Assembly: GCA_030704615.1 (NCBI GenBank) | Contig: CM060732.1 | Span: forward strand, 18,662,001-18,726,000 | Source of the DNA: Takakia lepidozioides | Lineage: Eukaryota > Plantae > Bryophyta | Direction: 5' to 3' | Length of the DNA: 64,000 nt | In this document: positions 11,300-24,200 of the stretch, piece by piece | Layout of the letters: each line of letters opens with the position of its first letter | How positions within the stretch are numbered: the first letter of the stretch is position 1 | Notes under the pieces: model-generated | The model's input: only the letters and a program-made list of their open reading frames with translations | Database searches by the model: none | What the model was told of the DNA's origin: nothing | Program-made: the position numbers and the translations under genes

Positions 11300-11495
11300 T
11301 TTCAACAAAAAAATCCACCGCAAATTGTTGGGTATAACCCACACAATCTGCAGCGATGAGAAAAAAAAACGTAGCTAGTGGAATGAGAGAGGGGAAAGGA
11401 ATCATAAATCACCATAACCTTACTGGATGCAGAGGACAAAAGGATTTTGATCCATGCTAGAAAGGGCGCGGCCATTCCAAGTTGCAAGGTTGTGG
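11300..11495 (-). mobile_element. Short L1-like RT fragment
   Basis: LGMAAPFLAWIKILLSSASSKVMV and PLATFFFLIAADCVG resemble plant L1 RT motifs. Confidence 0.5.
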
Positions 11496-11512
11496 GTCTT
11501 TTTCAGGTTGGG

Positions 11513-11706
11513 CGGGTATATGAATTACCCTGATATACCCGGGAATAAGGGTATACATCCGGGTACCTAAACTTGCCACACCAGGGTATATATATATCAA
11601 TATACCCTGATATACCCGCCGGGTATATGAATTACCCTGATATACCCTGATATATATATACCCTGGTGTGGCAAGTTTAGGTACCCGGATGTATACCCTC
11701 ATTCCC
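11513..11706. repeat. Fold-back inverted repeat (~59-bp arms 11540-11598 / 11648-11706) with internal GGGTATAT/ATATACCC motifs
   Basis: GGGAATAAGGGTATACATCCGGGTACCTAAACTTGCCACACCAGGGTATATA... is matched by its near-perfect reverse complement ~50 bp downstream. Confidence 0.85.
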
Positions 11707-12845
11707 CTTCAACCATGGCCACGATCGGATTTGCATGGCATTTGAGTACCGATATGCAACAGCCCTAGTTTGGTCATGTTCCCCCACAAGCTGCTCTAAT
11801 TCCTGTTCCTGGGTCGAAATAATTTGCACGGCTGAACATTCCCCAGTTTCCACTATGGGGTCCTTCCCTTTTTTTGCCCTCTCCGCCGCAAGTCTTTCTT
11901 CCTCAACCCTCGCCGGGTCCAGTTCAGATGTTTGCACTTTATTCCCATGCCCGATTGAGTCAACCCCGTCGATGACGCGGTCAATGTCCATTGGTGGCAT
12001 ATCCAAACGCGCCAATATGTCTTGTTCGTTGGTGATTGGCCTCGGGTCCTGAAGCACACCGTGTACACTGTCGAGAGTCCCCAACCCCATTCTTTCCAGC
12101 AACTTCGCTATTTGCCACCATTACAAATGAACAATGTCCCGCAGGTCCTTGATGTGCTGTTCCTGTGCGGCCAACTGTTCCTCCATCGGAGAGCGTACCT
12201 CGCCCCCCTCCACCTCAGACATTGAAGGCCCGGCTGCGGAGACCTGTTGCGGCGTATATTCTGGAGGTTGGTCCCCCTGCACCTCCCACACCACCACTGC
12301 GTCTGCATTTTCTCCTTCTTCCACCTCGTCGTTTCCATCCAACCGTATGATGTCCTGCCCCTGACGTATATACAAGTCTGGGATATCAGAGAACATGTAT
12401 AGTCTAGTACGTTGTCTCGTAGTGGCAGTTTGCCAATCCACTGGTCGCAATAAAATCAACTCTGTGCATGGCCGCAAATAAATATGGGACCTTGTTGTTG
12501 ACGAGCGGTTGACCCCACAATGTTGTACGTACGTCCTCTACCCTGTGGCGGAAATGCGGGTTGGCGCAAGAATGCAAACTAGCTTGATTTTGTTGGTTTG
12601 TGGCTCATGCCTATCTCTGGGCCACAAACGATTTATGTGACACCAGTCCACAAATTTCCTTCAGTCACCAAACGACCACCGTTGCCCCAACCTCCAAACT
12701 TCCCAACCTGGTTCCGCAAGAATGTTGGGATCACTGTATATGTCCTAACAAAGTTCGCGCCTGGCCCCTTTCGGTTTTTTTTGGGAGGTCCAAATTCATT
12801 ATCCTCATCCCTGGGATGACCTCCTCTGTTTTCCTCCTCCACCAT
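11707..12845 (-). pseudogene. Degenerate ORF of unknown function, probably transposon-associated (acidic/coiled-coil, KGKDPIVE motif)
   Basis: ORFs 12121..12477 and 11677..12102 share a frame, separated by one TAA. Upstream ORF 12633..12845 starts MVEEENRGGHPR. TATA-like TTATAAG at ~13210. Confidence 0.45.
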
Positions 12846-13269
12846 TTATGGCTCTGGCTTACCCATACTCGACAGGTGTTTGCTAAGAAAAATGCTCTCC
12901 CAACCCTCCTAAATCGTACCTAATCCTACTCCCTAATGAATCCTCCCCAAGTACTAGAGGCACGTGTCACTCCCTCCGCAGTTCTAAGTGATATGACGCA
13001 ATGTGCAATGAAAAAAACGTGGGTGCCAGAGGAGGGCTTCTTGGGAGGTACTCAGCATCGATTTTGTAGAAACCAACGGCCAAAAATACCCCCCACCCAA
13101 CCAATAGCACCCCTCTCCACTCGGACTCAACGACAAGGAATGCAACATCCCATCGCCCACCAAGTCCTGGTGTGGAGAGAAGTGAGGGAGAGAATGGCCT
13201 CGAAGGTCTTATAAGCCCCCCTCCACACTCGGGGCGCGCGCTGTCATCATGACTACGCACGCTAGTAAT

Positions 13270-13840
13270 AGCTGCGACCGCCAGCAGAAGGTGGTCGATC
13301 ATTTATTTATTTATTTATTTATTATGTGCGACCACCAGCAGGGGGGTGGTCGCAGAATTTTTCTTTTTTTAATAGGTGCGACCACCAGCAAGGGGGTGGT
13401 TGCAGATTTTTTTTTTTTTTTAATAGGTGCGACTACTAGCAGGGGGGTGGTCGCAACAATTTTGTTTAAAAAAAATAGGTGCGACCACCACCTGCTGGTG
13501 GTCGCACCATTTTCCTTTTCTTTAATAGATGCGACCACCAGCAGGGGGGTGGTCACATAATTTTCCTTTTTTCTAATAGCTGCGATCACCAGCAGTGGAG
13601 TGGTCGCACCATTTTTACCAGCAAGGGGGTGGTCGCATAATTTTCCCTTTTTAAATAGCTGTGACCACCAGCAGAGGGGTGGTCGGAACATTTTTTTTTT
13701 TGTTAAATAGGTGCGACCACCAGCAGGGGGGTGGTCGCAACATTTTTATTTTTTTATTTTAACAGTTGTGACGACCGCTACTGGTGGTCGCACAATTGTT
13801 TATTTAAAAATAGGTGTGACCACCAGGAGGTTGGTCCCCC
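13270..13840. repeat. Array of ~12 palindromic units TGCGACCACC-AGCAGGG-GGTGGTCGCA separated by T/A tracts (period ~51 bp)
   Basis: Units at ~13273, 13327, 13377, 13428, 13480 (inverted), 13531, 13581, 13618 (half), 13660, 13712, 13769 and 13815. Confidence 0.9.
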
Positions 13841-14184
13841 TGCACCTGTATGTTTGTTTGGAGAGGCAGATGAAAAGCACATGTAGCGACTCCCCACGGA
13901 CTTGTGAAGAGGAAGATGAATGTTGGGAGCTGCACCTGGCCTTTGTGGCTTTCGAAACCATAATAGGAAATCAACAATGTACAAGTAATGACGAAACACA
14001 AACACACACACACAACCACCAAACCCTTTCTTGGGTATACATATTCCACCATTTTTTTTTCCGTACACGTATGCATGTACCCAAACTGAAACATGGATAT
14101 CCATGGAAACATACTACACATCATGTAACAGAGTTTATAGCTATACCTAGTTCCGTCTGGCACGACGACGATGGCATGTTCTCA

Positions 14185-17120
14185 CGCCCAGTACAAAATC
14201 TTAGATAACTTGCCGTTAGCCCAGGAAATTCCAGTCTTTGCAAAAAAAACCAACCAGGCTATTGCAATGCTCCTTCTTGACTTTGAAAAGACATTCGATA
14301 GAGTGGAGTGGTCCTTCCTACTCGGGGCACTCCACAGGGTGGGAATTTCCCAGGAGTTCTGCTCAAGGGTTCAAACACTATTGATGGGGTCGTCCAGCAG
14401 GGCTCTCCTCAACGGGCATCTATCCAAGTCATTTCCACTGTCCGGTCGGTATGCCAGGGGTGCCCCCTGTCCCCCTTCCTCTTCATAATAGCAACAGACA
14501 CGCTGGGCCATATGATGGAGGCAAGTCACCACATCACAGTGGTCTTCATATTACAAATCACTTCACTAGACAACTGCAACAAATTAAAGAATCCATGTTC
14601 GTAGACGATGCGTTCCTAGCTTTACAGGCCACACACTCCAATCTAGATAATGCTAGCAGTTTACTGCAAGCATTTTGCCAGGCTTCTGGATTCAAGGTTA
14701 ACTGGGGCAACACGTGTGCCCTTCTGGTGGGAGAAACCTCGGCCTCAACTCTGGGAGTTGACCCAATTTGGGGACGAGATAAAGGTCTTAGATGAGGCTT
14801 AGTTGGCTGAAACCAGGGCAATCAACAACCTTGCTAGGTTATACGTATGGCATAGATCTATCGGATCAACAGATTTTTGAGGCAACGCAAGCCAAATTTA
14901 AAACCAAGCTGGCTCATTGGGGCAGCTACCATTTGTCTTTAACTGGTAGGGTGCTGGTAGCCAATCAGGTCCTATCAGCTGGCCAATGGTATTTCGCCTC
15001 AGCATGGAGGCCCAACGAGATGCAAGTGGGTGAAATGAAAAAGCTCCTGCGCAACTTTGTCTGGGGGCAAAGCACCCCCGGAGAAAAAAAGGCCACAGGT
15101 GTCGTGGAAGCAGATATGCCTGCCAAAGAAGAAAGGGGGACTGGGCATTATAGACCCACAAACTCAGTTTACTGCACTCCTAGCAAAATGGATCCCCAGA
15201 TTTATGGGACCAGAAAGAGGGGTCTGGAAACACCTGGTATGCGACAACATTGCCTTGGCCTCTCCGCTGAAGACGGTTATCTAGAACCCTTCTTATAGAT
15301 GGATGGTAAATGGCTTCAAACATAAACAAGTCGGATCCCCCCTGTGGACGGCAATCTGGCAGGCATGGGCCAAGCTCAGGCCCTATCTTACAAAATCAGA
15401 CCCGGAATCGTACGAAGAAACCCTCCGCCAATCCCTGTTTCTCAATACCAATATCCCACATACAAATCACAAAAATTAGGCTCGCAAATGGTCTGCCTGG
15501 GAGGTACATGGCATTCATAAGGTCAAACACATCTGGTCGAATGCCAGCTTCCGGTCAAAAGATCAAATTGCAGCCTCCGTAGGTGCAGCCAGAGCCACCA
15601 AGTCATACGATACCATTTTCCGATCAGTGTCAGCACTGTGGCTACCTAAACTTATTAAAGGCCCAGTAATGCCCAATGACACTTTCTGGACGCTGGGATT
15701 AATCAACAGCACTATTACCATTCTGTTTGTCACCGAAAAAACCGAATACCAATTCTCCGGATATCACTTTCACTGCGAAGTGAACTCCATGAGGCTTACC
15801 CTTCAAAACCGTCAACCCCTAGCCACCCCTCGTTTCACCCACACCCCCATAAGGGTTTGTTGGTGGTCATCCCCAACTAAGGAGATGAACCCTCTCTCAC
15901 CGCTCACCACTTCCCTGATAAGCTGGCTGGCCAGTCAAACATTTGTTTGGATTGGTGGGAGACCCCTATAGGATCTGGACATGGATCCCAAAGAGTGGCA
16001 GTGGAATTTCAGGCCATCCCCCAAGCCATTCTTTGAGTACACAACCAAAAAAGCATACTCGACAATGCTGAACCCCCAGCCCCTATTGGGTAAATGGAAC
16101 GAGAGATGGAGTCACCTGAACTTCCAGATTGAAAACTGGAACTCCATCTGGGGGACGATGTGGAAAACAAACAGACCAGCCAAGGTAGCAGCGTTTCTTT
16201 GGCAGATAACAAACAGGGCAATAAAAGTGGGGGAATGGTTGGGATTTGATGCTGCCCTCCTTTGCAAATGCTGTTCGGCTGCCCTAATGGAAACAGTAGA
16301 GCACTGCCTGCTCCACTGTCACGGACTAGCAGCAGTCTGGCCCCTCGTCACAAGCTTCTACAGAACCTGGGGGCACATAAACCTCACCCCGGCGGCCATT
16401 CTGCTGAATGATGACCCAGCAACAAAAACAAAAGCCAATCACTGCCCAGTTTACGATACTCTTAGAAGCGCTACGCTCTAGCACCTCTGGAAAATCAGAT
16501 GCGAAAAAACTTTCAATGCAAAACAACTAGAACTTCCTCACTCCTCGCAAAAATCTACATGGACATGCAAATTGAAGCCAGGAAAGTGTGGAAAAAACTA
16601 TGTGCAGATATCGAGAGAGCACGATCGGACCAACAAGCTACCCAGCTACACTCTACCTTCATTGCGACATGGGGGCGGAATGGGATTATCTGCAACAGCC
16701 CCAATCTGGATCGCTGCGACTGGAACAAACTGCCCCCAAGGGCTTGGAAAGACGGCACGGGTACCGTCCACAACAATCCGCTGAAGCAGGCCTAACCGTA
16801 GCTAGTTTTTGACTCTAGCAGCTATGGTTTTGAGGAACATACATTATCGAATCCGGTGGGATCACCACCACTTAGCAGCATTATGCAAAAAGGCCTAAGG
16901 CCTCAGGCTAGACAATTCGTTATTACTCATCATGAGTGGTTAGGCTCCGATTCACTGACTACGGTGTGTGTGCCTTATGGCGTAATCAGAGGGTTTAATT
17001 TTTTCCCTCCCAATAACCATCTATGTAAGGGCCTCGCCCACCAAAAATATTTCAGAATAAAGTTAACCAGGGCTCCAACCCTGTTAGCCCAACAAAAAAT
17101 AAAAATAAAAAATAAAAATT
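14185..17120 (+). mobile_element. 5'-truncated L1-clade LINE: degenerate ORF2 (RT plus zf-RVT), 3' UTR and A-rich tail
   Basis: LLLDFEKTFDRVEWSFL, QGCPLSPFLF, MFVDDA, SGFKVNW, LSLTGRVLVAN, SWKQICLPKKKGGLGI, CKCC...ETVEHCLLHC; (AAAAAT)n tail at 17094-17119; many frameshifts. Confidence 0.9.
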
Positions 17121-18225
17121 GTGGGTAGGATATAGTGGGTCACTAGGAGTCTCAAATTAATCCACCTTGGCTCCACAATTCCATAACTGCACGGATTGTA
17201 TAACTAGACATAGGATGGGAGCTGAAAGCACGTGTCCAAGCTTTACTGGTACGGTCACTGGAGACGCAAATGGCAAATCCCCACCTCTTCCAGTCCAGCT
17301 CTTCACGCCCCTCCGCCTCCCCTCCCGGGTCCACTCCCGCTAGAAACAAGGAAGCGGTATATATGCGGGAGCAGCAGGAGATTGGGAGGAGCGGGGATAA
17401 GCTTCAAGGATCCAATTCAATAAACCATTACATCGCGCCTTCCCCAAGGATGAAACATGAAACCCCTCACCATGACACACTAACTATCAATGTAACCAGA
17501 CACCAAGCTAACTGCCGCTTTCTGGCCACCCGCCAGAGTTTTGATGTTTTATTCCATATACAGGCCTGGGGCGAGGCAGCCAGCAGGACGGGTGGGGATT
17601 TGACTGCAGGCCCCGCCAGGGGAGTCCCCTGGGACGAGGACCGGCAACTGGTAGGCTCACACGTGCGCATTCAACTCCCATCCTTTGTCTAGTGTCTTCC
17701 TACTGTCACCAGATGCTTAAATACTCTACCATTAATATTCTTGGTATCCATCTTACTGGTAGCCAACACAGAAGCAAGAAGATTGACACTTCCCACACAG
17801 CGACCAGATGCAACTGAGCATGTCCCTTTCGAACATACTTCCAACAGACAAAGAGTACCAAATTGGACTAGGTCACATCATGAAAAATTCTCTGAATGTG
17901 ATATTGGCCTTGTGATGCTTACAATCCAAGGGTTTCTTGGTGCACATTATTCTACACTGATTGGAATAATTATCGTCAGGCACGTTATGTCCAGTATATA
18001 CAGACAACTGCAATCTGTCTTCTGTCTTACACATACAAGTCACCAAGAATCTCTATATACAACAACAAGAGAACAATTATCCAAGCCGGACAGCCTGTTC
18101 TGGTTTGATTGCCTTACAGGTCTTTAGGATCTAATCATGAATATTCCATACGCTTGATATAATCCCAACGTGAGTTCTGCTTAACACCAAGACTTTGGTG
18201 AATTTGACTCCTGCCGTCAAGACAT

Positions 18226-21200
18226 TTAGGCAGAAGCTGCATGCTCAGACTCCTTGAGCATGTCGACATCCTTCGAAATTTCCCAGCCATGGCGTCGACC
18301 ATACCGATATATCTCCAGCAGCTGCACACCACACAATGCTATTGACGAGATGTACGGATTACACTGCCTACGGAGTCTTGTTTCAATACAGATGAATGAT
18401 AGATGCACTCACTCCATTTCACATTATGTTTTCTCCCTGCCTTCGTATGTGACTTGTGACTCATCAGAGACAGACTACATGATTGCATGATTCAAGAATA
18501 GTATATTTTCAGGCCAGACACTCATCACAGTACTAGGTTTGAAGGTACCTTTTCATGAAACTCGCCTGCGGCGACCAACTGCTTGTATTTCTCATATAGT
18601 CTCAGTGCCTGCAGAAATTTGTTCCAAAATGCGAGGTAAGCAAGCAGTGACAGTTTTTTACAGCAAGGGTCTCCCCTTTGCCCAGTAGTTCATTTCATCC
18701 AGGGTGGTGCAAGCAACCCAAGAAACTGGCATAGATTGTACTCATAAGACGTTGTTTGCCGTAGCCTTGTGGCCATGAAACTGGCATAGAGATGGCATCT
18801 ATGAGCGAACCGCTGCACGACCTAAACCCGTAACATGGGAATGGCGAGTGGATTGAATGTCACAAGGGTGGTCTACTCGGGAGAGAGGGAAGGGATTTGC
18901 AAAAGCCATGTTGACTTAATCTGCATTTGTGGGAATCTGTCAAATAGCAATACTTGAGGAGAAAAGGTCCCAGAAGGTCAGAAACACATTCTACATAATG
19001 CACATCCTTATGTAGGATTAATGATAAAGGGACAAAAGAATATTGGCTGCGCCCTCCCTTTTTGAGGATGAGAGAGAGACCGTGCATGCATCCTCAATAC
19101 TGTCGTGTGTCTCATTTTGAATTTTCACCTGTAACATCCACCCATACATTTGAACCCCTTATCACTGGTACCCTCAGCTCAAATCCTCACTTGCAAATGC
19201 TCAAGTTGTGAAGAAGTGCCGTGAGTGCAAAGATGAGTCATGCCACAAACCCCATCCAACTGCTATAAATGCTAGCCACTACTAATAGGAAACAGACCAC
19301 ATTATTACAGTGTTTGCCATGTATGTGAGCTTGACAGATGTGAAACTGGTGAGACACCAGGAGAGCTCTCTCTGTAGTGAGACTCTCTGTTGCACGAATT
19401 GCCAGGGAGGAACTTACTGAGTGTGCTAGTCCTTAAGTATTTGACAGCGGTTTGAGTTTAGAAATCTCATCGGTCCCATATGTGCTTTGCACTTCCAGTG
19501 GATGTATCAATTTTCTTTTTCTCCCTCTTCATCCATTACAAAACTGTAAATATTCTTCTTCCTTAAAATCAAGCTTCTGTGTTGCAAAGCACAAGTTACC
19601 GACAAAATCACTCGAAACCAGATCACTAAAGAGAGCTTACATTTAGGAGATAAGAAGCCAAAAAGCGCAACGATAACATGCGTTGTCTCTTCAAATGGAA
19701 GAGTTCAACTGTGTCAATAATCTGTCAACACGCCACCAACAGAATATACTTCAAACACACAACTCGCTACATATGCAAGAATTGCACAGGCATTTCTTCT
19801 TATTCTTCATGCAAAGATTCACCCCAAAATCAGATCCAACGAGGTGCATAGTATTGAAATCGCCTCAATCACATCGAACAATAAAAAAAAAAAGTGAGGA
19901 AGAGAGGCAGAGTGTTAGGATAAGGAAGACCTGATCCTGTGGAACAACAATGTTGATCATGCAAAAGTCTTTTTTCAAACCATGTCCCACAAATCGGCAA
20001 CCTTTATCAACCTGCAAGGAGCTGAGTTAGGACTCGAGAGCTTGTAGCGATGAAAAAAATGGAAGAAAGAGTTTACAAACTTGAAGAGCCACCTACATCC
20101 ATGTGGTAAAAGGTATTGCTTATATGGAACACAGGAATATATGACCTCACTCCATGACCCTCCCATTGGTTACTGGAACTTCCAGGAGCCTGGCTGCCAT
20201 ATGAAATGGTTGCTTCTTGACTCTAGTAGCTGGCTGAAATCCTCTCCTTTCATGCACCCCCATCCCACGTTCTTATTTTAAATGCCACGCGACTTTGCAA
20301 GCCTCACAGGGAAAGACAGGCCTAGCAGTGTCCAGGTCCCAAACTGAAGATTGACACGTGAAATGAGCACCCTCTATACAGGCACTGTCAGTATCTGGTC
20401 ATATGCTGTCCTGCTTATGAGGTGAAGGGAGAGTAACGAAAAAGGCATGACGCACCAAGTATCGCAACTTGAGGTATGCCTTCTTGAGGGTTGTAATTGG
20501 ATGCTTTGATGTTGCGGGATCCTATATGGGCAACTCAAGAAATATCAGTTGGTACTATCAGATGTCAAATATCTTATGAAACCCCACCAGAAATCAGAAA
20601 GAAAAAAAACAAACCAGAGCAAAAGCTACTGCCGAAGGACTCTACAGCACAGTGTCCCACACATGATGTCAGAGAGCCCTCACCAGGTCCCCTGGTGAAA
20701 CACCTGAATATCGTGTCAGATAGTCATATACAGGCTCAACCTGTGCCCAACGACCAATTCACCAGTGTAGGTCACATCTCATATTTAGAAAAAAGCATGT
20801 TGACTTTAATCAAGCAAACCTTGGAGCTGTGTCTCAGTGTGGACATACATAAGCAACTGTAACACTGACAGTAGGCAGGGCTTGAATAACACATACTGCT
20901 TTGGATAAATAGCTGGATAAAGACTACCAGTGAGAGCCTGTGGGCCTCCTGCAGAGGGGTCCATGGCCACAAGGCTACAGCAAACAACGTCTCATGAATA
21001 CATTCATTCTCTCTCGGCGCTTCATCTTGATGTGGTTTTCTACGTTGTCCCATCTGGGACTTCAGTGCCCCTGTGAAAAAGGTCATAAAGCTTACACTGG
21101 CAGGGACAACAGATAGAGAAACACAAAAAGTGCAGACAAACAAGGTTAAACAGCTGATTTCGTAGGAAATCACTTTCTTCTCTCTGCTGCTGCTGTTATC

Positions 21201-24200
21201 CTGTTCTGTGCCTTGGATGCTATTATGGTTTTGTTTTTCTTTCTGAGGTTTCCGCTGATGTATACATTCCTTTCTCCTAAGCACCCATGAGGACTTTGGG
21301 CACCTTCAGACTTGGTTGTCACAGCTACGGATTGAGACAGAGCAATGGACTACACACCCCCTGAGGCTGACCTGTCTGTACCACCCAGGAAGTACAGAGA
21401 AACTATGAATTCTTTGACTCCTGTGCTAAATTCTATGAGTTCTGGGGCAGATTCTACCGTCTCTTCAGAGAACCCTCTCTTTGGGAGAGCCTTCAGCTAT
21501 CCGGACCAGAAGTGTTTGGGAGCTTACCTCCAAGGACTTACTAAGCTTCTTTCTTCCTTCTCTTTCTGAGCTTTCCGCGGACGTTATAAAGCACCATTTC
21601 ATTTCATTTCATTTCATTTCCTTCTCTCTCTCTCTCTCTCTTTCTATGGATGTACAGAATTTCAATCTCTCTTTACTTGTCTGTTACAAGAAACTTGACT
21701 AAACTATCACATACCCCATCACCAAAATCTCCCCGACTTCCTGTGGACATCTTAAAATTTAATTCTCCCTCTCTCCTCTCTCTCGGCTCAGCCTAAAGCC
21801 CTGGCCATGTTGGGTTTTAATTGCTGGGCAGCTCACACACAGCAGATTGATGCTTGTGTGAAGGGATTCCTAGAGGAAATCTGGGAAGCCTGAACCGATT
21901 GTTAATACCAAGGTAAGTCCCACTACTGGAGTGAGTCCCTCACAAAAGTAGTGTCTGTTCTCTCTTGTTCTGCCTGCCCTCCTATGTGCCATTGGTGAAT
22001 TCCATTGAAATTTGGACTTAAGGTGGCCATTTTGGTCCACATATAGGTATGGATTTGAAGTGACAAAATCATTTGTCATTTGACTTATATGGACTAATAT
22101 ATGTCAAAAAAATAGGCGTTTTTTGAAAAGTCCATAGTTCATCTTGTTTTTTGGATTTTGGGTGTCATTGTTTTTTTAGAAGTATGAAAACCTATAATCT
22201 TCAATGGCTAGGTGGCATATTGAAATTTGTTTGTAAACTCTAATTTTTAGTTTTTCATAATTTCTCTAAATAATAGACTAAAATATTTAATGAATTATAT
22301 CTTTAATATTTGGGATAGGACAATTTACTAAATATGTTCAGTATATCATTATCTATCACTAAAAAAATACTTTGGATAGTATCATCAATTTTTTATTTTT
22401 GGTCATGGACTTTCATGGAGCAGGATCTGCCGTTTTTGGTCCACTCAACCCTGCGGCGGCTCCCCAACTTTGCTGCATCTTCATGTACATCCTTAGCATC
22501 ACCAAATCAGGGGTAAGGGACTTACAGTGCGAATATAGTCATCAATGCAACAGACACCAGCATTCTCCCCTTCTCCACGCACCTTCACATTGTTCACATT
22601 CGTGTAAAGCCTATCATGCAAATTTATCTAATAGGCCCCAATTTATCCTGATACTTTCTTGACACCAATTCCTCCAATACAAAGAGAAACAAAGACAAAA
22701 GGGATTACTGTTTTTAGCAGAAGTCTTTCACACCCATTGAAAATTTCAGCAAAAAGGAGTTTGAAGAGAGTCAAGAGAATTTGAAGAGAAGTCACGCCTT
22801 ATGTGGTGTACATGTCACACTGCACACAGTCAGTATCCTATAGACTTATCCTTCCACACTACCACAAGGGGAAAAGAGATGTCAAGATGAGATCATCTAG
22901 ACTTCCCTCGAGCACTGCATCCAGATAAATTTGTAGATCCCATCGATGGACATACCACACTGACACGAGCTAAGCCCAGGCGCGCAGGTCGCTTCACAAA
23001 CTCCCCACCATCCTCCCGGGATCCCTGGTCACATGCAATGGTGAACATCAGGAAGCCTACGAGGAAACCTCCAAGTGCATCCAACTCGTAGGGATTGTGT
23101 TTTCTTGAATTAAAAGTTTGCGGCTAAAAGTTAGAAGAAATCACAGAGTCCAAGTACACGTTTTTGCTTGTGAAAGGGACATTGTGTCGCCAAAACTCAA
23201 CTACAAATGTGATCTTCTAAACATCCTCTATTAATAACGTGAGTTCTGAACAAATAGCCCCCTTGTCCTTGACTTACGTCCCCACCAAAATTATTTTAAC
23301 ATGTCTGTCTGGAGATGCCATCATAAACCCAATAAACAGCCAAACCTTATCAGTATTAGGAAACTCTCTTTACCTTCTCTGCCGCTGAAAGGGCCACAAA
23401 CTCCGCATCAATTCCAAGCAGCACTCCCTGCCAGACTCCAAGACAAAGCTGCAGTAAGATTTCATAAAGCACAGTCAGATAGACACTGCCAAATATTCAG
23501 TAGTTCCCTAGGGGACATCCCCATGTTGCAGACCGTACTGAAGGAGGAGACGGGGGGCAGAAAGGGAGCAGAAAATTAATATGTTCACTGGAAGTGCAGG
23601 GTGCCTATGGAATTGGCGACTGGGTGTAGGATGGGTAAGCCATACGGATTGAGGTGGTTCAGTGGTCATGTCGAAAGGCCAAAAGGTATAGGATGACTCA
23701 TCGCCTGAAGAGAGATTCCTGGACAGCCTGGGCTCTGAGATGAGGCGCAGGAACACCTCGTCGGAGATAGGTGGCGAGCCACCCCTTGCCTGCAGGGAAA
23801 CCACCAAATGTTCAGATCAACTGGATCGATATTCTTAATTCTTCTTGATGTGGCATAGGACAGAGTCTAGGACAACTACACTACTACACTAAGAGCAAAG
23901 GGGACTGAACTACTTCAGCCATATCACTTCACTGCTTGTTACTATAGCTTCTGGATTCATACCAAGATACAATGCTAATAGCAATTTTACAGCCACAGCC
24001 CAGCATGCAGTGCAACAAGTGCCTCAGTTACCAGTAAACTAACACGCGTGTCCCAGCTTTTAAAGAACCTGGGGGTAGAAAATAAGTACCCCCAATCCAG
24101 CAGGGGCTGAAACCACTGGGTGAAGGGATGGGGGGAGAGGTCTGTTGGAAGCTGGCGCAGTGGCTGACTTCTGTGAAGCCTCAGTAGCTTTCCCAGAGGT

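Noticed and set aside
13270-13840. CRISPR array
   Set aside because: The spacers are low-complexity T/A tracts rather than unique sequences, the units vary and invert, there are no cas genes, and the context is eukaryotic.
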